DNA of 28,562 nt from Candidatus Methylomirabilis sp. GTDB lineage: Bacteria; Methylomirabilota; Methylomirabilia; Methylomirabilales; Methylomirabilaceae. Made by a program: the position numbers and the translations under genes. The stretch lies in contig JBGQJI010000017.1 in the NCBI GenBank assembly GCA_041498975.1, forward strand, positions 1 through 28,562, read 5' to 3'. The stretch's first letter is position 1; the number at the start of each line of letters is the position of its first letter. Of this stretch, positions 9,506 to 18,849 are shown piece by piece. The notes beneath the pieces are model-generated. The model did not search any database, was not told the origin of the DNA, and saw nothing but the letters and a program-made list of their open reading frames with translations.

Positions 9506-10528
9506 GTGGGCAGCAGGCAGTTTTCCGTAGCGGTCGCAGGCGCCACCGGAGCGGTCGGGGAGATGATGCTTCGGTTGCTGGAGGAGCGGAACTTCCCCGT
9601 CCGACGTCTCAGGCTCCTGGCTTCGGAGCGGTCAGAAGGAAAAACCCTCTCCTTCAGGGGTGAGGAGATCAAGGTCGAGCGGTTGACCGCGGGCTCGTTT
9701 CACGGGACGGAGATCGCGCTGTTCACAGCCGGCGCGAGCCGCAGCAAGGAGTTTGCCCTCGCCGCTGTGGAGGCCGGGTCGGTGGTGATCGACAACAGCT
9801 CTGCCTTCCGGATGGAGCCCGATGTCCCGCTTGTGGTCCCGGAGATCAACCCCGAGGCCATCGCCGGCTATAAGGCCCGCGGAATCATCGCCAACCCCAA
9901 CTGCACCACGATCGTCATGGTCATGCCGTTGAAGCCGCTCCATGACTACGGGCAGGTGACACGCGTGATCGCCTCGAGCTACCAGGCGGTCTCGGGCGCG
10001 GGGGCCAAGGGAATCGAGGAGCTCAAACGGCAAACTCTGGCGTGGGCCAAGGGCGAACCGATAGAGGTGAAAGTCTTTCCCCACCAGATCGCGTTCAACC
10101 TCTTTCCTCATATCGATGCGTTCGAGCCCAGCGGCTACACGAAGGAGGAGTTGAAGCTCGTTTTCGAGACCCGCAAGATCCTGGGGGACGACGCGATCAG
10201 GGTGTCGCCCACAACGGTCCGGGTGCCCGTCTTCACGGCGCATTCGGTTTCGGTGAACGTGGAGACGAAGCGCAGGATCGGGGCGGTGAAGGCGCGTGAG
10301 CTGTTCTCGAAGATGCCCGGCCTTCAGGTCATCGATGAGCCGCAGCAGGGACGCTACCCGATGCCCATCCTCGCCGCCGGAAAAGACGATTGCTTTATCG
10401 GCCGGATTCGCGAGGACCTTTCGAACGACCATGCCCTGAATTTCTGGGTCGTGGGGGACCAGCTCCGGAAAGGGGCGGCACTGAACGCCATCCAGATCGC
10501 GGAGTTGCTAATACAGCGGTATCTCTAG
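9506..10528 (+). CDS. asd: aspartate-semialdehyde dehydrogenase
   Basis: GATGAVG, IDNSSAFRM, PLVVPEIN, ANPNCTT, SYQAVSGAG, DQLRKGAALNAIQIAE; GTG start. Confidence 0.97.
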   Translation: MGSRQFSVAVAGATGAVGEMMLRLLEERNFPVRRLRLLASERSEGKTLSFRGEEIKVERLTAGSFHGTEIALFTAGASRSKEFALAAVEAGSVVIDNSSAFRMEPDVPLVVPEINPEAIAGYKARGIIANPNCTTIVMVMPLKPLHDYGQVTRVIASSYQAVSGAGAKGIEELKRQTLAWAKGEPIEVKVFPHQIAFNLFPHIDAFEPSGYTKEELKLVFETRKILGDDAIRVSPTTVRVPVFTAHSVSVNVETKRRIGAVKARELFSKMPGLQVIDEPQQGRYPMPILAAGKDDCFIGRIREDLSNDHALNFWVVGDQLRKGAALNAIQIAELLIQRYL

Positions 10529-10554
10529 CCTGGACGGACCGAAAGAACCGTCGA

Positions 10555-10593
10555 GAGCAGGAGCCCCGGGTCGGGCGCTCCTGTTCGTGTTTT
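10555..10593 (+). terminator. putative intrinsic terminator after asd
   Basis: GAGCAGGAGC (10555-10564) pairs with GCTCCTGTTC (10577-10586), followed by GTGTTTT. Confidence 0.55.
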
Positions 10594-10602
10594 GAAACCT
10601 CT

Positions 10603-11460
10603 ATGCCCACCTTTAAACTGATAATCGAGTACGACGGGACCGACTATCGCGGCTGGCAAGTGCAGCCGGGGATGCGCACGATTCAGGGCGTCCTACAGGA
10701 GGCAATGTCCCGGATCATCGGGGAGCCCGTTCACGTGATGGGGGCAGGTCGGACCGATGCAGGTGTCCACGCCCTCAGCCAGGTCGCCAGTCTCCACGCC
10801 GAATTCAGGCATCCACCGGACACCCTCCGGCGGGCTCTGACTAGCCTGCTACCGCCTGATATCGTGGTGACCAGGGTGGAGGAGGCCCCCCCCGGCTTCA
10901 ACGCCCAACGCTGGGCCAGGTGGAAACGGTATAGGTACACCCTCTTGACGCGGCCATCCCCCTCCGCTCTCGAGCAACGGTACGCTCTCTTTGTTCCTCG
11001 CCCGCTCCGGATAGGTGCAATGGCCGAGGCAGCAGGGATGCTGATCGGAGAGCACGATTTCACCTCCTTTCAGGCTGCCCACAGCTCAGCCGACCACCCG
11101 GTACGGAGGATCTATGCCGCACATTTCCGTCCTGAAGCCGACCATCTTCACTTCGAGATCTCGGCAGGCGGATTCCTGCGCCACATGATTCGGATCATCA
11201 TGGGCACTCTATTGGATGTAGGGCGTGGTAAGCTTGCTCCTGGAGACCTTAAAGCAATACTTGAAGCTCAAGATCGTCAGCGGGCTTCGAAAACACTTCC
11301 TGCTCATGGCCTCTTCCTCGTGGAAGTCGGCTACCGCCCCTTTGATGCCAGCGAGGCGTGTCAGAGGGACGCGGGGACGAAATGTGTGTATCCTGACCCT
11401 GCCGCTGAAAGCCTGTCGAACGCAGCTCATCAGGCATCTGACGGCATCAAACCTGGTTGA
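10603..11460 (+). CDS. truA: tRNA pseudouridine(38-40) synthase TruA, with ~40-aa C-terminal extension
   Basis: IEYDGTDYRGWQVQP, GAGRTDAGVHA, GEHDFTSF, FLRHMIRIIMG, LPAHGLFL. Start set to ATG 10603. Confidence 0.96.
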   Translation: MPTFKLIIEYDGTDYRGWQVQPGMRTIQGVLQEAMSRIIGEPVHVMGAGRTDAGVHALSQVASLHAEFRHPPDTLRRALTSLLPPDIVVTRVEEAPPGFNAQRWARWKRYRYTLLTRPSPSALEQRYALFVPRPLRIGAMAEAAGMLIGEHDFTSFQAAHSSADHPVRRIYAAHFRPEADHLHFEISAGGFLRHMIRIIMGTLLDVGRGKLAPGDLKAILEAQDRQRASKTLPAHGLFLVEVGYRPFDASEACQRDAGTKCVYPDPAAESLSNAAHQASDGIKPG

Positions 11461-11486
11461 CACCGGGCTTGCAGCGGTGGTAGGGT
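11457..11486 (+). promoter_or_regulatory. putative promoter of the DsbA-family gene, overlapping the truA stop
   Basis: TTGACA 11457-11462, 18 bp, TG-G-TAGGGT (TAGGGT 11481-11486). Confidence 0.45.
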
Positions 11487-11526
11487 GGGGCCCTCAAATT
11501 GTGATACCGAAGGGAGAGAAAGCGAG

Positions 11527-12594
11527 ATGATCGTGAGCGTGAAAGAAACGCGCAGGATCGCACGACTGATCGTCATTGCGGGCCTCCTTCTTTCTGGGCT
11601 TATCGGAACCTGGTTTGCCTTTGCCGGCGGTGTAAAGGAGGCGATGAATCAACCCGGGGTGGCCGCCAAGGTCGAAGATCAGGTGGTCACGCTTGAGGAG
11701 CTCGAAAAGTCTCTCGCCCCTCAACTGGCCCGGCTCGAGGAGCAAAAATACAAGCTCATGGAATCGAAGCTGGAGGATATGATCGCCGAGCGTCTGGTGG
11801 CACAGGAAGCAAAGAAGCGCGGGGTCACGATGGAGGAGCTGCTCAAGGCTGAGGTCTCTTCGAAGGCTCCAGAGGTGACCGAGGCGGAGGTCACCGCATT
11901 CATCCTGAAGAACAAGTCCCGCCTCCAGGGGGAGACATGGGCGCTTCGTCCAAAGGTCCGGGAATACCTTGAGAACGAGAAGGAGGTCCTGCAGAGGCGG
12001 GCGTATGTCGCCAGCCTCCGTCAAGCCGCCAAGGTCACGGTCTTTCTTCAGGAGCCAGAGCCGCTCCGGATTCCGGTAAGTGTGGGAGAAGCCTTCGTCA
12101 AAGGCCCAAAGGAGGCGCCGGTCACCATCATCGAGTTCTCGGACTTTCAGTGCCCGTTCTGCCGCACCGTTGTTCCCACGGTGAAGGAGCTGATACGGCA
12201 GTACCCGACGACATTGAGGTGGGCGTTCCGGGACTTCCCCATCGCCTCCCTTCACCCCAAGGCGCCGAAGGCGGCGGAGGCCGCCCGATGCGCCGGTGAG
12301 CAGGGGAAGTTCTGGGAGTATCACGATCTCCTCTTCGACTCCCAGACCCAGGCGACGGTTGAAGACTTCAAGCAGTTCGCTGATCAGTTGAAGCTCGACC
12401 CGAAGAATTTCGAGCAGTGCCTCGACAGCGGAAAGCAACAGGCTGCGGTACAGTCAGACGTCGAAGAGGGCGCTCGGCTCGGGATCACTGGAACGCCGAC
12501 GTTTTTTATTAATGGCCGCATGCTGGTAGGTGCCCAATCGCTGGAGTCATTCCGAAGGATCATCGAGGCAGAGCTTCGCCCTCCGCCGAAATAG
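11527..12594 (+). CDS. exported DsbA/thioredoxin-fold oxidoreductase with an N-terminal SurA-like helical domain
   Basis: N-terminal signal/TM segment; AAKVEDQVVTLEEL..LVAQEAKKRGV; GPKEAPVTIIEFSDFQCPFC (CXXC); GITGTPTFFING cis-Pro loop. Confidence 0.9.
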   Translation: MIVSVKETRRIARLIVIAGLLLSGLIGTWFAFAGGVKEAMNQPGVAAKVEDQVVTLEELEKSLAPQLARLEEQKYKLMESKLEDMIAERLVAQEAKKRGVTMEELLKAEVSSKAPEVTEAEVTAFILKNKSRLQGETWALRPKVREYLENEKEVLQRRAYVASLRQAAKVTVFLQEPEPLRIPVSVGEAFVKGPKEAPVTIIEFSDFQCPFCRTVVPTVKELIRQYPTTLRWAFRDFPIASLHPKAPKAAEAARCAGEQGKFWEYHDLLFDSQTQATVEDFKQFADQLKLDPKNFEQCLDSGKQQAAVQSDVEEGARLGITGTPTFFINGRMLVGAQSLESFRRIIEAELRPPPK

Positions 12595-12693
12595 CTGGCC
12601 CCGACTCTTGTTTTCCCCTCCGCACTCCAGGCCGCTTGGTCTGGGTGTCCGCTGGACTCCTCGCCGTTCATCGCCCGGCGCCGCGCTTGGCCC

Positions 12694-12722
12694 TTGCGCA
12701 ATAGGACTGCCTGTGTTAACGT
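12694..12722 (+). promoter_or_regulatory. putative leuS promoter
   Basis: TTGCGC 12694-12699, 17 bp, TG-T-TAACGT (TAACGT 12717-12722). Confidence 0.45.
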
Positions 12723-12762
12723 TTTTAACCGGTTTCGGCATGAGGCTGGCGAGGAGCACCAG

Positions 12763-15357
12763 ATGGCGCGTGGCTTCGATTTCAAGGCGATAGAAGACAG
12801 ATGGCAGAGGTCGTGGGAGGAGAGCGGGGCCTTCACCGTAGCGGAAGATCCCGGCAGGGCGAAGTTTTATCTCCTGGAGATGTACCCGTACCCTTCCGGC
12901 AGGATCCATATGGGTCACGTGCGCAATTATGCGATCGGCGACGTGATGGCCAGGTTCCTCCGGATGCGGGGATACAACGTGCTGCACCCGATGGGTTGGG
13001 ACGCCTTTGGTCTTCCCGCAGAGAATGCCGCCATCGAACACCGTACCCACCCGGCCAAGTGGACCACCGAAAACATCGCCTACATGCGGACCCAGCTGAA
13101 ACGGATGGGCTTCTCGTACGATTGGAACCGCGAGATCACGTGCAGCGATCCCGAGTATTACAAGTGGGGACAGTGGCTGTTCCTGAAGCTGTACGAGAAA
13201 GGCCTGGCCTACAAGAAGTTATCTGCGGTGAATTGGTGTGAGGTGTGCCAGACCGTCTTGGCCAACGAACAGGTCGAAGGTGGCCTCTGCTGGCGCGACG
13301 AGACGCCCGTCGTTCAAAGGGAGCTGCCCGGCTGGTTCTTCAAGATCACCGCCTATGCCGAGGAGTTGCTCGTCGGGCTGGACCAGTTGCCAGGATGGCC
13401 CGACCGCGTGAAGGTGATGCAGCGCAACTGGATCGGCAAGAGCGTCGGGGCGGAGGTTCGGTTTCCTCTCCCCGACCGAGAGCAGCCGCTCACGATCTTC
13501 ACCACCCGCCAGGACACCCTGTTCGGCGCGACCTTCATGATCCTGGCCCCCGAGCACCCGCTTGCCCTTACGCTGTCGAAGGGAACGCCCCAGGAGGGGA
13601 AGGCCCACGCCTTTGTCCAGAGGATGAAACGTGAGGACAAGATCCTCCGCACAGCAGCCGATGCCGAAAAGGAAGGCGTGTTTACCGGAGCATACGCCAT
13701 CAATCCGCTGACCCACGAGCGAATCCCGATCTGGATCGGAAACTTCGTCCTCCTGGAGTACGGCACAGGCGCCATCATGGCGGTTCCGAGTAATGACCAG
13801 CGCGACTTCGAGTTCGCCAAGAAGTACGCTCTTCCGATCCGCCTGGCGGTCAAGCCGCTTGATAGCGATCTGGACGAGACCGACATGGATCGAGCATACG
13901 AGGAGGAAGGGGTGCTGGTCAATTCTGGCCCCTTCACCGCCATGGCCAGTCAACAGGCTCGCGAGGCGATCGCTGATTTCCTGGAGCGGGAAGGGATCGG
14001 GACGCGGGCGGTCAACTACCGGCTCCGCGACTGGGGGATCTCGAGGCAGCGCTACTGGGGGACCCCGATCCCGATCATCTACTGCGACCAGTGCGGGACG
14101 GTCCCGGTCCCGTACGATGACCTGCCGGTCATCCTCCCCCAGGATGTCGAGATCAGCATGAAGGGAGGTTCCCCACTGGGGAAGGTCGCCTCGTTCGTCA
14201 ACGTGCCCTGTCCCCGCTGTGGACGTCCCGCCAAGCGAGAGACCGATACCATGGACACCTTCGTCGATTCGTCCTGGTACTTCCTCCGGTTCGCCAGCCC
14301 TCATGCGCATGATGGCCCTGTGACCCCATCGCAAGTCAATTATTGGATGCCGGTGGATCAATATATCGGGGGGGTCGAACACGCAGTGCTGCACCTGTTA
14401 TACGCCCGCTTCTTTACGAAGGTGATTCGCGACCTGGGCCTGATCGCCGTTGATGAACCGTTCACAAGATTGTTGACTCAGGGCATGGTCTGTAAGGAGA
14501 CCCATCGATGCCCGGAACACGGATTTCTCCTCCCCGAGGAGGTCGGCGCCGACCGCCGCTGCCGGGCGTGCGGTCGCCAGGTCGAAATCGGGCGGATAGA
14601 GAAGATGTCGAAATCCAAGAAAAACATCATCGATCCTGAGGATCTTCTGGCGCACTACGGGGCGGATACTGCCCGGGTGTTTTGCCTGTTCGCCGCCCCT
14701 CCGGAGAGAGACCTGGAATGGTCCGAACAGGGGGTGGAGGGGTCGTTTCGCTTTCTGACACGGATCGTTCGCCTCGTGGAGGAGCGAGAGGAGCTCCTCA
14801 GGTGTCCCTCCGTTCCGGTGCCGTTCTCGCGGCTCGTCGCAGGACGCGCCCTCTATCGGAAGGCGCAGCAGACCGTCAAGCGGGTCACGGAGGATGTCGA
14901 GAAGGAGTTTCATTTCAATACCGCGATCAGCGCGCTGATGGAGCTCGCCAACGAGATCGGCCATTTCGATCTGGTAGGGATGCCGGGCGAAGAAGACGAG
15001 CGACGCTTCGCCTTCACCTACGCAGTGGACGTTCTCCTGATCCTTCTGTCACCCTTTGCGCCGCATCTATGTGAGGAGCTCTGGGAGCGCCTCGGCCGGG
15101 ACCGGAGCATCTTTCAGATGGCGTGGCCGACCTACGATTCCGCCGTTATCAAGGCGGAGGAGATCCTGATGGTCGTCCAGGTGGACGGGAAGGTTCGGGG
15201 CCGGGTGTTCCTGCCTGCAGACGTGGGGGAGGAGGCCATGCGCGAGGCGGCGCTTGCAGATGAGCGGGTCACGGCTTGGCTCCAGGACAGATCGGTGAAG
15301 AGGGTGGTTGTGGTACCGCAAAAGCTGGTGAACATCGTCACCGGGGGAAGCCGGTGA
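12763..15357 (+). CDS. leuS: leucine--tRNA ligase
   Basis: PYPSGRIHMGH, GWDAFGLPAENAA, FTTRQDT, DWGISRQRYWG, KMSKS. Start set to ATG 12763 after GAGGAG. Confidence 0.99.
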   Translation: MARGFDFKAIEDRWQRSWEESGAFTVAEDPGRAKFYLLEMYPYPSGRIHMGHVRNYAIGDVMARFLRMRGYNVLHPMGWDAFGLPAENAAIEHRTHPAKWTTENIAYMRTQLKRMGFSYDWNREITCSDPEYYKWGQWLFLKLYEKGLAYKKLSAVNWCEVCQTVLANEQVEGGLCWRDETPVVQRELPGWFFKITAYAEELLVGLDQLPGWPDRVKVMQRNWIGKSVGAEVRFPLPDREQPLTIFTTRQDTLFGATFMILAPEHPLALTLSKGTPQEGKAHAFVQRMKREDKILRTAADAEKEGVFTGAYAINPLTHERIPIWIGNFVLLEYGTGAIMAVPSNDQRDFEFAKKYALPIRLAVKPLDSDLDETDMDRAYEEEGVLVNSGPFTAMASQQAREAIADFLEREGIGTRAVNYRLRDWGISRQRYWGTPIPIIYCDQCGTVPVPYDDLPVILPQDVEISMKGGSPLGKVASFVNVPCPRCGRPAKRETDTMDTFVDSSWYFLRFASPHAHDGPVTPSQVNYWMPVDQYIGGVEHAVLHLLYARFFTKVIRDLGLIAVDEPFTRLLTQGMVCKETHRCPEHGFLLPEEVGADRRCRACGRQVEIGRIEKMSKSKKNIIDPEDLLAHYGADTARVFCLFAAPPERDLEWSEQGVEGSFRFLTRIVRLVEEREELLRCPSVPVPFSRLVAGRALYRKAQQTVKRVTEDVEKEFHFNTAISALMELANEIGHFDLVGMPGEEDERRFAFTYAVDVLLILLSPFAPHLCEELWERLGRDRSIFQMAWPTYDSAVIKAEEILMVVQVDGKVRGRVFLPADVGEEAMREAALADERVTAWLQDRSVKRVVVVPQKLVNIVTGGSR

Positions 15358-15863
15358 CGGCCATCGTCTGCATGGCGCTCCTCCTGACCCTGGCCGGCTG
15401 CGGGTATCGGCCGCTGGGGGCTGGGGGAATGGGCGATCTTCCGCCCACCGTCAAGACGATCGCCATCGGGACCCTCAAGAATCGAACGCTCCGACCCACA
15501 ATCCAGCCGGCCCTGAAAGAGGCCCTGGTCCGCAGGTTTGCGGCCGACGCCCGGATACGGATCGTGGAGGAGGGGGCCGCCGACGCCCTACTGGAAGGGG
15601 CGATAGAAGGGTTCGGTGAGGAGCCGATCGCATTCGATTCCACGGATACCGCCCGGCGCCTCCGCGTGACGATTTCCTTCTCGTTCACGCTCACAGATCG
15701 GTCGAAGGACACGGTCGTACTCCGTGACGGCGTGACAGGAGTGGCATACTACATCGCCGCGCCTGGGGTCGCCCCCACCAGGGCGGCCGAGGATGAGGCA
15801 ACCCTCCGGGCGGTGGCCGATCTTGCCGAGCGGGTGGTCAATCGGGTGGTGGACGGGGTCTGA
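15354..15863 (+). CDS. lptE: LPS assembly lipoprotein LptE family
   Basis: Lipobox LAGC-GYR, ADALLEGAI; conserved leuS-lptE-holA position; GTGA overlap with the leuS stop. Confidence 0.85.
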   Translation: MTAIVCMALLLTLAGCGYRPLGAGGMGDLPPTVKTIAIGTLKNRTLRPTIQPALKEALVRRFAADARIRIVEEGAADALLEGAIEGFGEEPIAFDSTDTARRLRVTISFSFTLTDRSKDTVVLRDGVTGVAYYIAAPGVAPTRAAEDEATLRAVADLAERVVNRVVDGV

Positions 15864-16870
15864 TGGCGCGGTGGGGCGAGACTGGCCGCTCGCTTGCCGA
15901 ACTGGTCAGCAGGGGCGAGAGAGCGCCAGTGTACTGCCTCTACGGGGAGGACGACTACCGTAGGGAACAAGCCCTGGAGCAGCTCCTCGACGCATTGCTC
16001 CCCGGCGGGGCAAGGGACCTCAATCTCGAACAGATCCGACCGGGAGAGGCCGGGACCGGCTCGATCCTGGGGAGCGCCAGGACGGTGCCGTTTCTTTCGG
16101 GCTGTCGGGTCGTCCTCATCCGAGGCGCGGACGGCCTCTCGCGGGAGCAGCAGGAGGATCTGCTGAGCTATCTGGACGACCCTTCCCCCACAACCTGCCT
16201 TGTCCTGTCGGCGATGCGCCTTGACCTCAGGACCCGGTTGGCGGCACTCCTTCAGAAGAAGGGCGTCGTCCAGCGCTTTGATCGATTAGAGGCCGGTTCC
16301 TTGAAAGATTCTCTCCTAGCGGCGGCCCGCGCGCATGGCAAACGGCTCTCCCTGGAAGCGATCGACCTCCTCATTCCTTTGGCAGGCGATGATCTCCGCC
16401 AGTTGATCTACAGCGTGGAGAAGGCGACGCTCTTTGTGGGGGATCGTGAGGAGATTGGGCCCCAGGATATCGAAGCCCTGGTTGGGGAGACTCGGACCCG
16501 ATCGATCTTCGAACTGACGGACGCCGTCGGCGCCCGGGACCTTGGGGTCGCGGTGCGCTGCCTGACCGGGTTGCTGGAGAGCGGAGAAGAGCCGCTTGCC
16601 ATCCTCGGGATGCTGGCGCGCCAGGTCCGCCTTCTGTTTCGGACCAAGGCACTTCAGACGCAAGCGACCCCGTCGGGCGCAGCGGCCCGCACCCTCGGCG
16701 TGCCCCCTCGCGTTGCGGCAACGCTCGAGCGGCACGCCGCCTCGCTTTCTTGGCAGCAGCTCTCGCGAGCCCTCCGTTGCCTCTCCAGGGCCGACCTTGC
16801 GATCAAGACAGGGAGGGCCGCAGCCCCTGCCGTCTTGAGCCAACTGGTCTGGGATCTCTGCAGGGCGTGA
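15863..16870 (+). CDS. holA: DNA polymerase III delta subunit
   Basis: PVYCLYGEDDY, PFLSGCRVVLI, SIFELTDAV, EPLAILGML, ADLAIKTG. Confidence 0.93.
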   Translation: MARWGETGRSLAELVSRGERAPVYCLYGEDDYRREQALEQLLDALLPGGARDLNLEQIRPGEAGTGSILGSARTVPFLSGCRVVLIRGADGLSREQQEDLLSYLDDPSPTTCLVLSAMRLDLRTRLAALLQKKGVVQRFDRLEAGSLKDSLLAAARAHGKRLSLEAIDLLIPLAGDDLRQLIYSVEKATLFVGDREEIGPQDIEALVGETRTRSIFELTDAVGARDLGVAVRCLTGLLESGEEPLAILGMLARQVRLLFRTKALQTQATPSGAAARTLGVPPRVAATLERHAASLSWQQLSRALRCLSRADLAIKTGRAAAPAVLSQLVWDLCRA

Positions 16871-16873
16871 GGT

Positions 16874-17146
16874 CTAAGACGATCGAGAGAGGGCGTGGAG
16901 CTGGCGAGCGAGTCTCGACTTATAGCGGGCCGCGGCGTTCTTGTGGATGAGCCCCTTGCTGACGGCTTTGTCCATCATCGGGACGGCTTGTGCGAAGGCT
17001 TTCTCCGCTGCTTCCCGATCCCGCCCCTCCAACCCCACCCGCACCTTCTTGATGGCGGTTCTCACGCTGCTCTTCGCCGGGCGATTGCGTCGGCGCTGCT
17101 CCTGGCTCTTCCGTAACTGCTTTTGCGCTGATTTGGTAATCGGCAT
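16874..17146 (-). CDS. rpsT: 30S ribosomal protein S20
   Basis: MPITKSAQKQLRKS...KSSVRTAIKK...DKAVSKGLIHKNAAARYKSRL. ATG at 17146 with AGGAG upstream. Confidence 0.97.
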   Translation of the reverse strand: MPITKSAQKQLRKSQEQRRRNRPAKSSVRTAIKKVRVGLEGRDREAAEKAFAQAVPMMDKAVSKGLIHKNAAARYKSRLARQLHALSRSS

Positions 17147-17205
17147 CGTTACGTTTCTCCTTTGCTGTGCCCATCGCCTGACGGTCCAGGCGGGCAACGG
17201 CGTCC

Positions 17206-17234
17206 ATTAAAGAGGAGCGGGCCGGGCTTGTCAA
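17206..17234 (-). promoter_or_regulatory. putative rpsT promoter
   Basis: Minus strand TTGACA (17234-17229), 17 bp, TTTAAT (17211-17206). Confidence 0.6.
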
Positions 17235-17244
17235 GGGATTTCTG

Positions 17245-18849
17245 ATGGAACGGCGAAGTCCTGGGAGGATCGCAAGGGCTGCCGGCGTGGTAAGCGGCGC
17301 CACATTCCTGAGCCGCGTCCTTGGGTTCATTCGCGATCTGATCATTGCCAGGGCATTCGGCGCCGGAACCGCGACAGACGCCTTCTTCGCCGCCTTCCGC
17401 CTCCCGAACATGTTGCGGGAGTTGCTGGGCGAAGGGGCCCTTTCCGCGGCGTTCATCCCCGTCTTCACCGAATCGTTGTCAAGGCGGGGGCGTGAGGGGG
17501 CATGGCGCCTGGCATGGACCGTCCTGATCCTGCTCGGGGCTCTGCTCGTGCTGGTCTCCCTCATCGGCATCCTGCTGGCGCCGTGGCTGATACGGCTCAT
17601 CGCTCCCGGGTTCCAGGCCGTCCCGCCGAAGCTTAACCTCGCCGTCTTCCTCGCAAGGATGATGTTCCCCTATATCCTGTTTGTTGGGCTAGCGGCCCTA
17701 TTCATGGCGATTCTCAATGCCCAGGGCCACTTCGCAACTCCTGCACTGTCGCCCACCATGCTCAACATCGCCATGATCGGCTGCGCCCTGTTCCTGGCTC
17801 CACATGTGGATCCGCCGATCCTGGCGCTGGCTATCGGCGTCCTCATCGGTGGCGCCGGCCAGCTCCTGATCCAGATGCCGGTGGCGTGGCGGCGCGGGAT
17901 GCGCGACCACCGGGGCGTCGATCTGAAGGATCCTGGCATCGGGCGGATCGCACGCCTCATGGCGCCAGGGGTCGCAGGTCTTGCCATCACGCAGCTCAAC
18001 GTCTTCATCGGCACATTTCTCGCCTCGTTCTTGGAGGAAGGAGGGATCTCGATCCTCTACTATGCCTTCCGATTGATCCAGTTCCCGATCGGCATCTTCG
18101 GCGTGGCGATCGCCACCGCAGCCTTTCCGGCCATGGCTAGGCAGGCGGCGGACCGCTCACTCGGGGAAGTCGGTGCCACCGCGGCGTACGCTATCCGGCT
18201 CGTCCTTTTCGTCACCCTCCCGTCCATGGTAGGCCTCATGGTCTTCAGGGTCTCGATTGTCCAGGTCCTCTTTGAGCGTGGCGCGTTCGATCGAGCCGTT
18301 ACCCTCGCGACCGCTGACGCCGTTCTTTTCTATGCCATCGGCCTGGGAGCCTATGTTTCCAACCGTATCCTGGTCCCCGCGTTCTATGCCATTCAGGATA
18401 CCACGACCCCGGTCAAGATCGGGGCGGTCGCCGTTCTTGTCAACATCGCCTGCAGTCTCCTGCTGATGCGGCCCCTTCGGGTTGGGGGGCTCGCGCTGGC
18501 GACGGCCCTCTCCTCCTTCGTGAACCTGGGCCTCCTTCTGACCGCCCTCCGGCGGCGCCTTGGCCAGTTCGGCGAGGTCCCGGTTTTTCCCTCGCTCCTG
18601 CGACTTGGCGGGGCCTCCCTCGTGATGGCCCTGACGGGGCTTGCCCTCTTGCATATCCGTGACCCTCTGACGGTTGGGCCAGCCCTTCGTCGGGCCATGG
18701 TGTTGGCGTTCGAGTTGGGCGCGAGTCTGGGCGCCTTCCTCCTGGCGGCTGTTTTTTTCCGCTCCGACGAGCTGAGGTTCTTGGTTCGGAGAGTCATCCC
18801 AAATCGCCAGAGGCTGCCCAAACTCACCTCGCCGGAAGATTTTGATTGA
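17245..18849 (+). CDS. murJ: lipid II flippase MurJ (MviN)
   Basis: SRVLGFIRD, DAFFAAFRLPNMLRELLGEGALSAAFIPVF, YAFRLIQFPIG, LFERGAF; divergent from rpsT as in many bacteria. Confidence 0.97.
   Translation: MERRSPGRIARAAGVVSGATFLSRVLGFIRDLIIARAFGAGTATDAFFAAFRLPNMLRELLGEGALSAAFIPVFTESLSRRGREGAWRLAWTVLILLGALLVLVSLIGILLAPWLIRLIAPGFQAVPPKLNLAVFLARMMFPYILFVGLAALFMAILNAQGHFATPALSPTMLNIAMIGCALFLAPHVDPPILALAIGVLIGGAGQLLIQMPVAWRRGMRDHRGVDLKDPGIGRIARLMAPGVAGLAITQLNVFIGTFLASFLEEGGISILYYAFRLIQFPIGIFGVAIATAAFPAMARQAADRSLGEVGATAAYAIRLVLFVTLPSMVGLMVFRVSIVQVLFERGAFDRAVTLATADAVLFYAIGLGAYVSNRILVPAFYAIQDTTTPVKIGAVAVLVNIACSLLLMRPLRVGGLALATALSSFVNLGLLLTALRRRLGQFGEVPVFPSLLRLGGASLVMALTGLALLHIRDPLTVGPALRRAMVLAFELGASLGAFLLAAVFFRSDELRFLVRRVIPNRQRLPKLTSPEDFD

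Noticed and set aside
12595..12762. T-box leader for leuS
   Set aside because: There is no UGGNACC T-box sequence or specifier stem.
14490..14575. Extra Cys clusters in LeuS (and in AlaS around 4207-4245)
   Set aside because: These look like lineage-typical zinc-binding inserts in these synthetases, not inteins or new domains.
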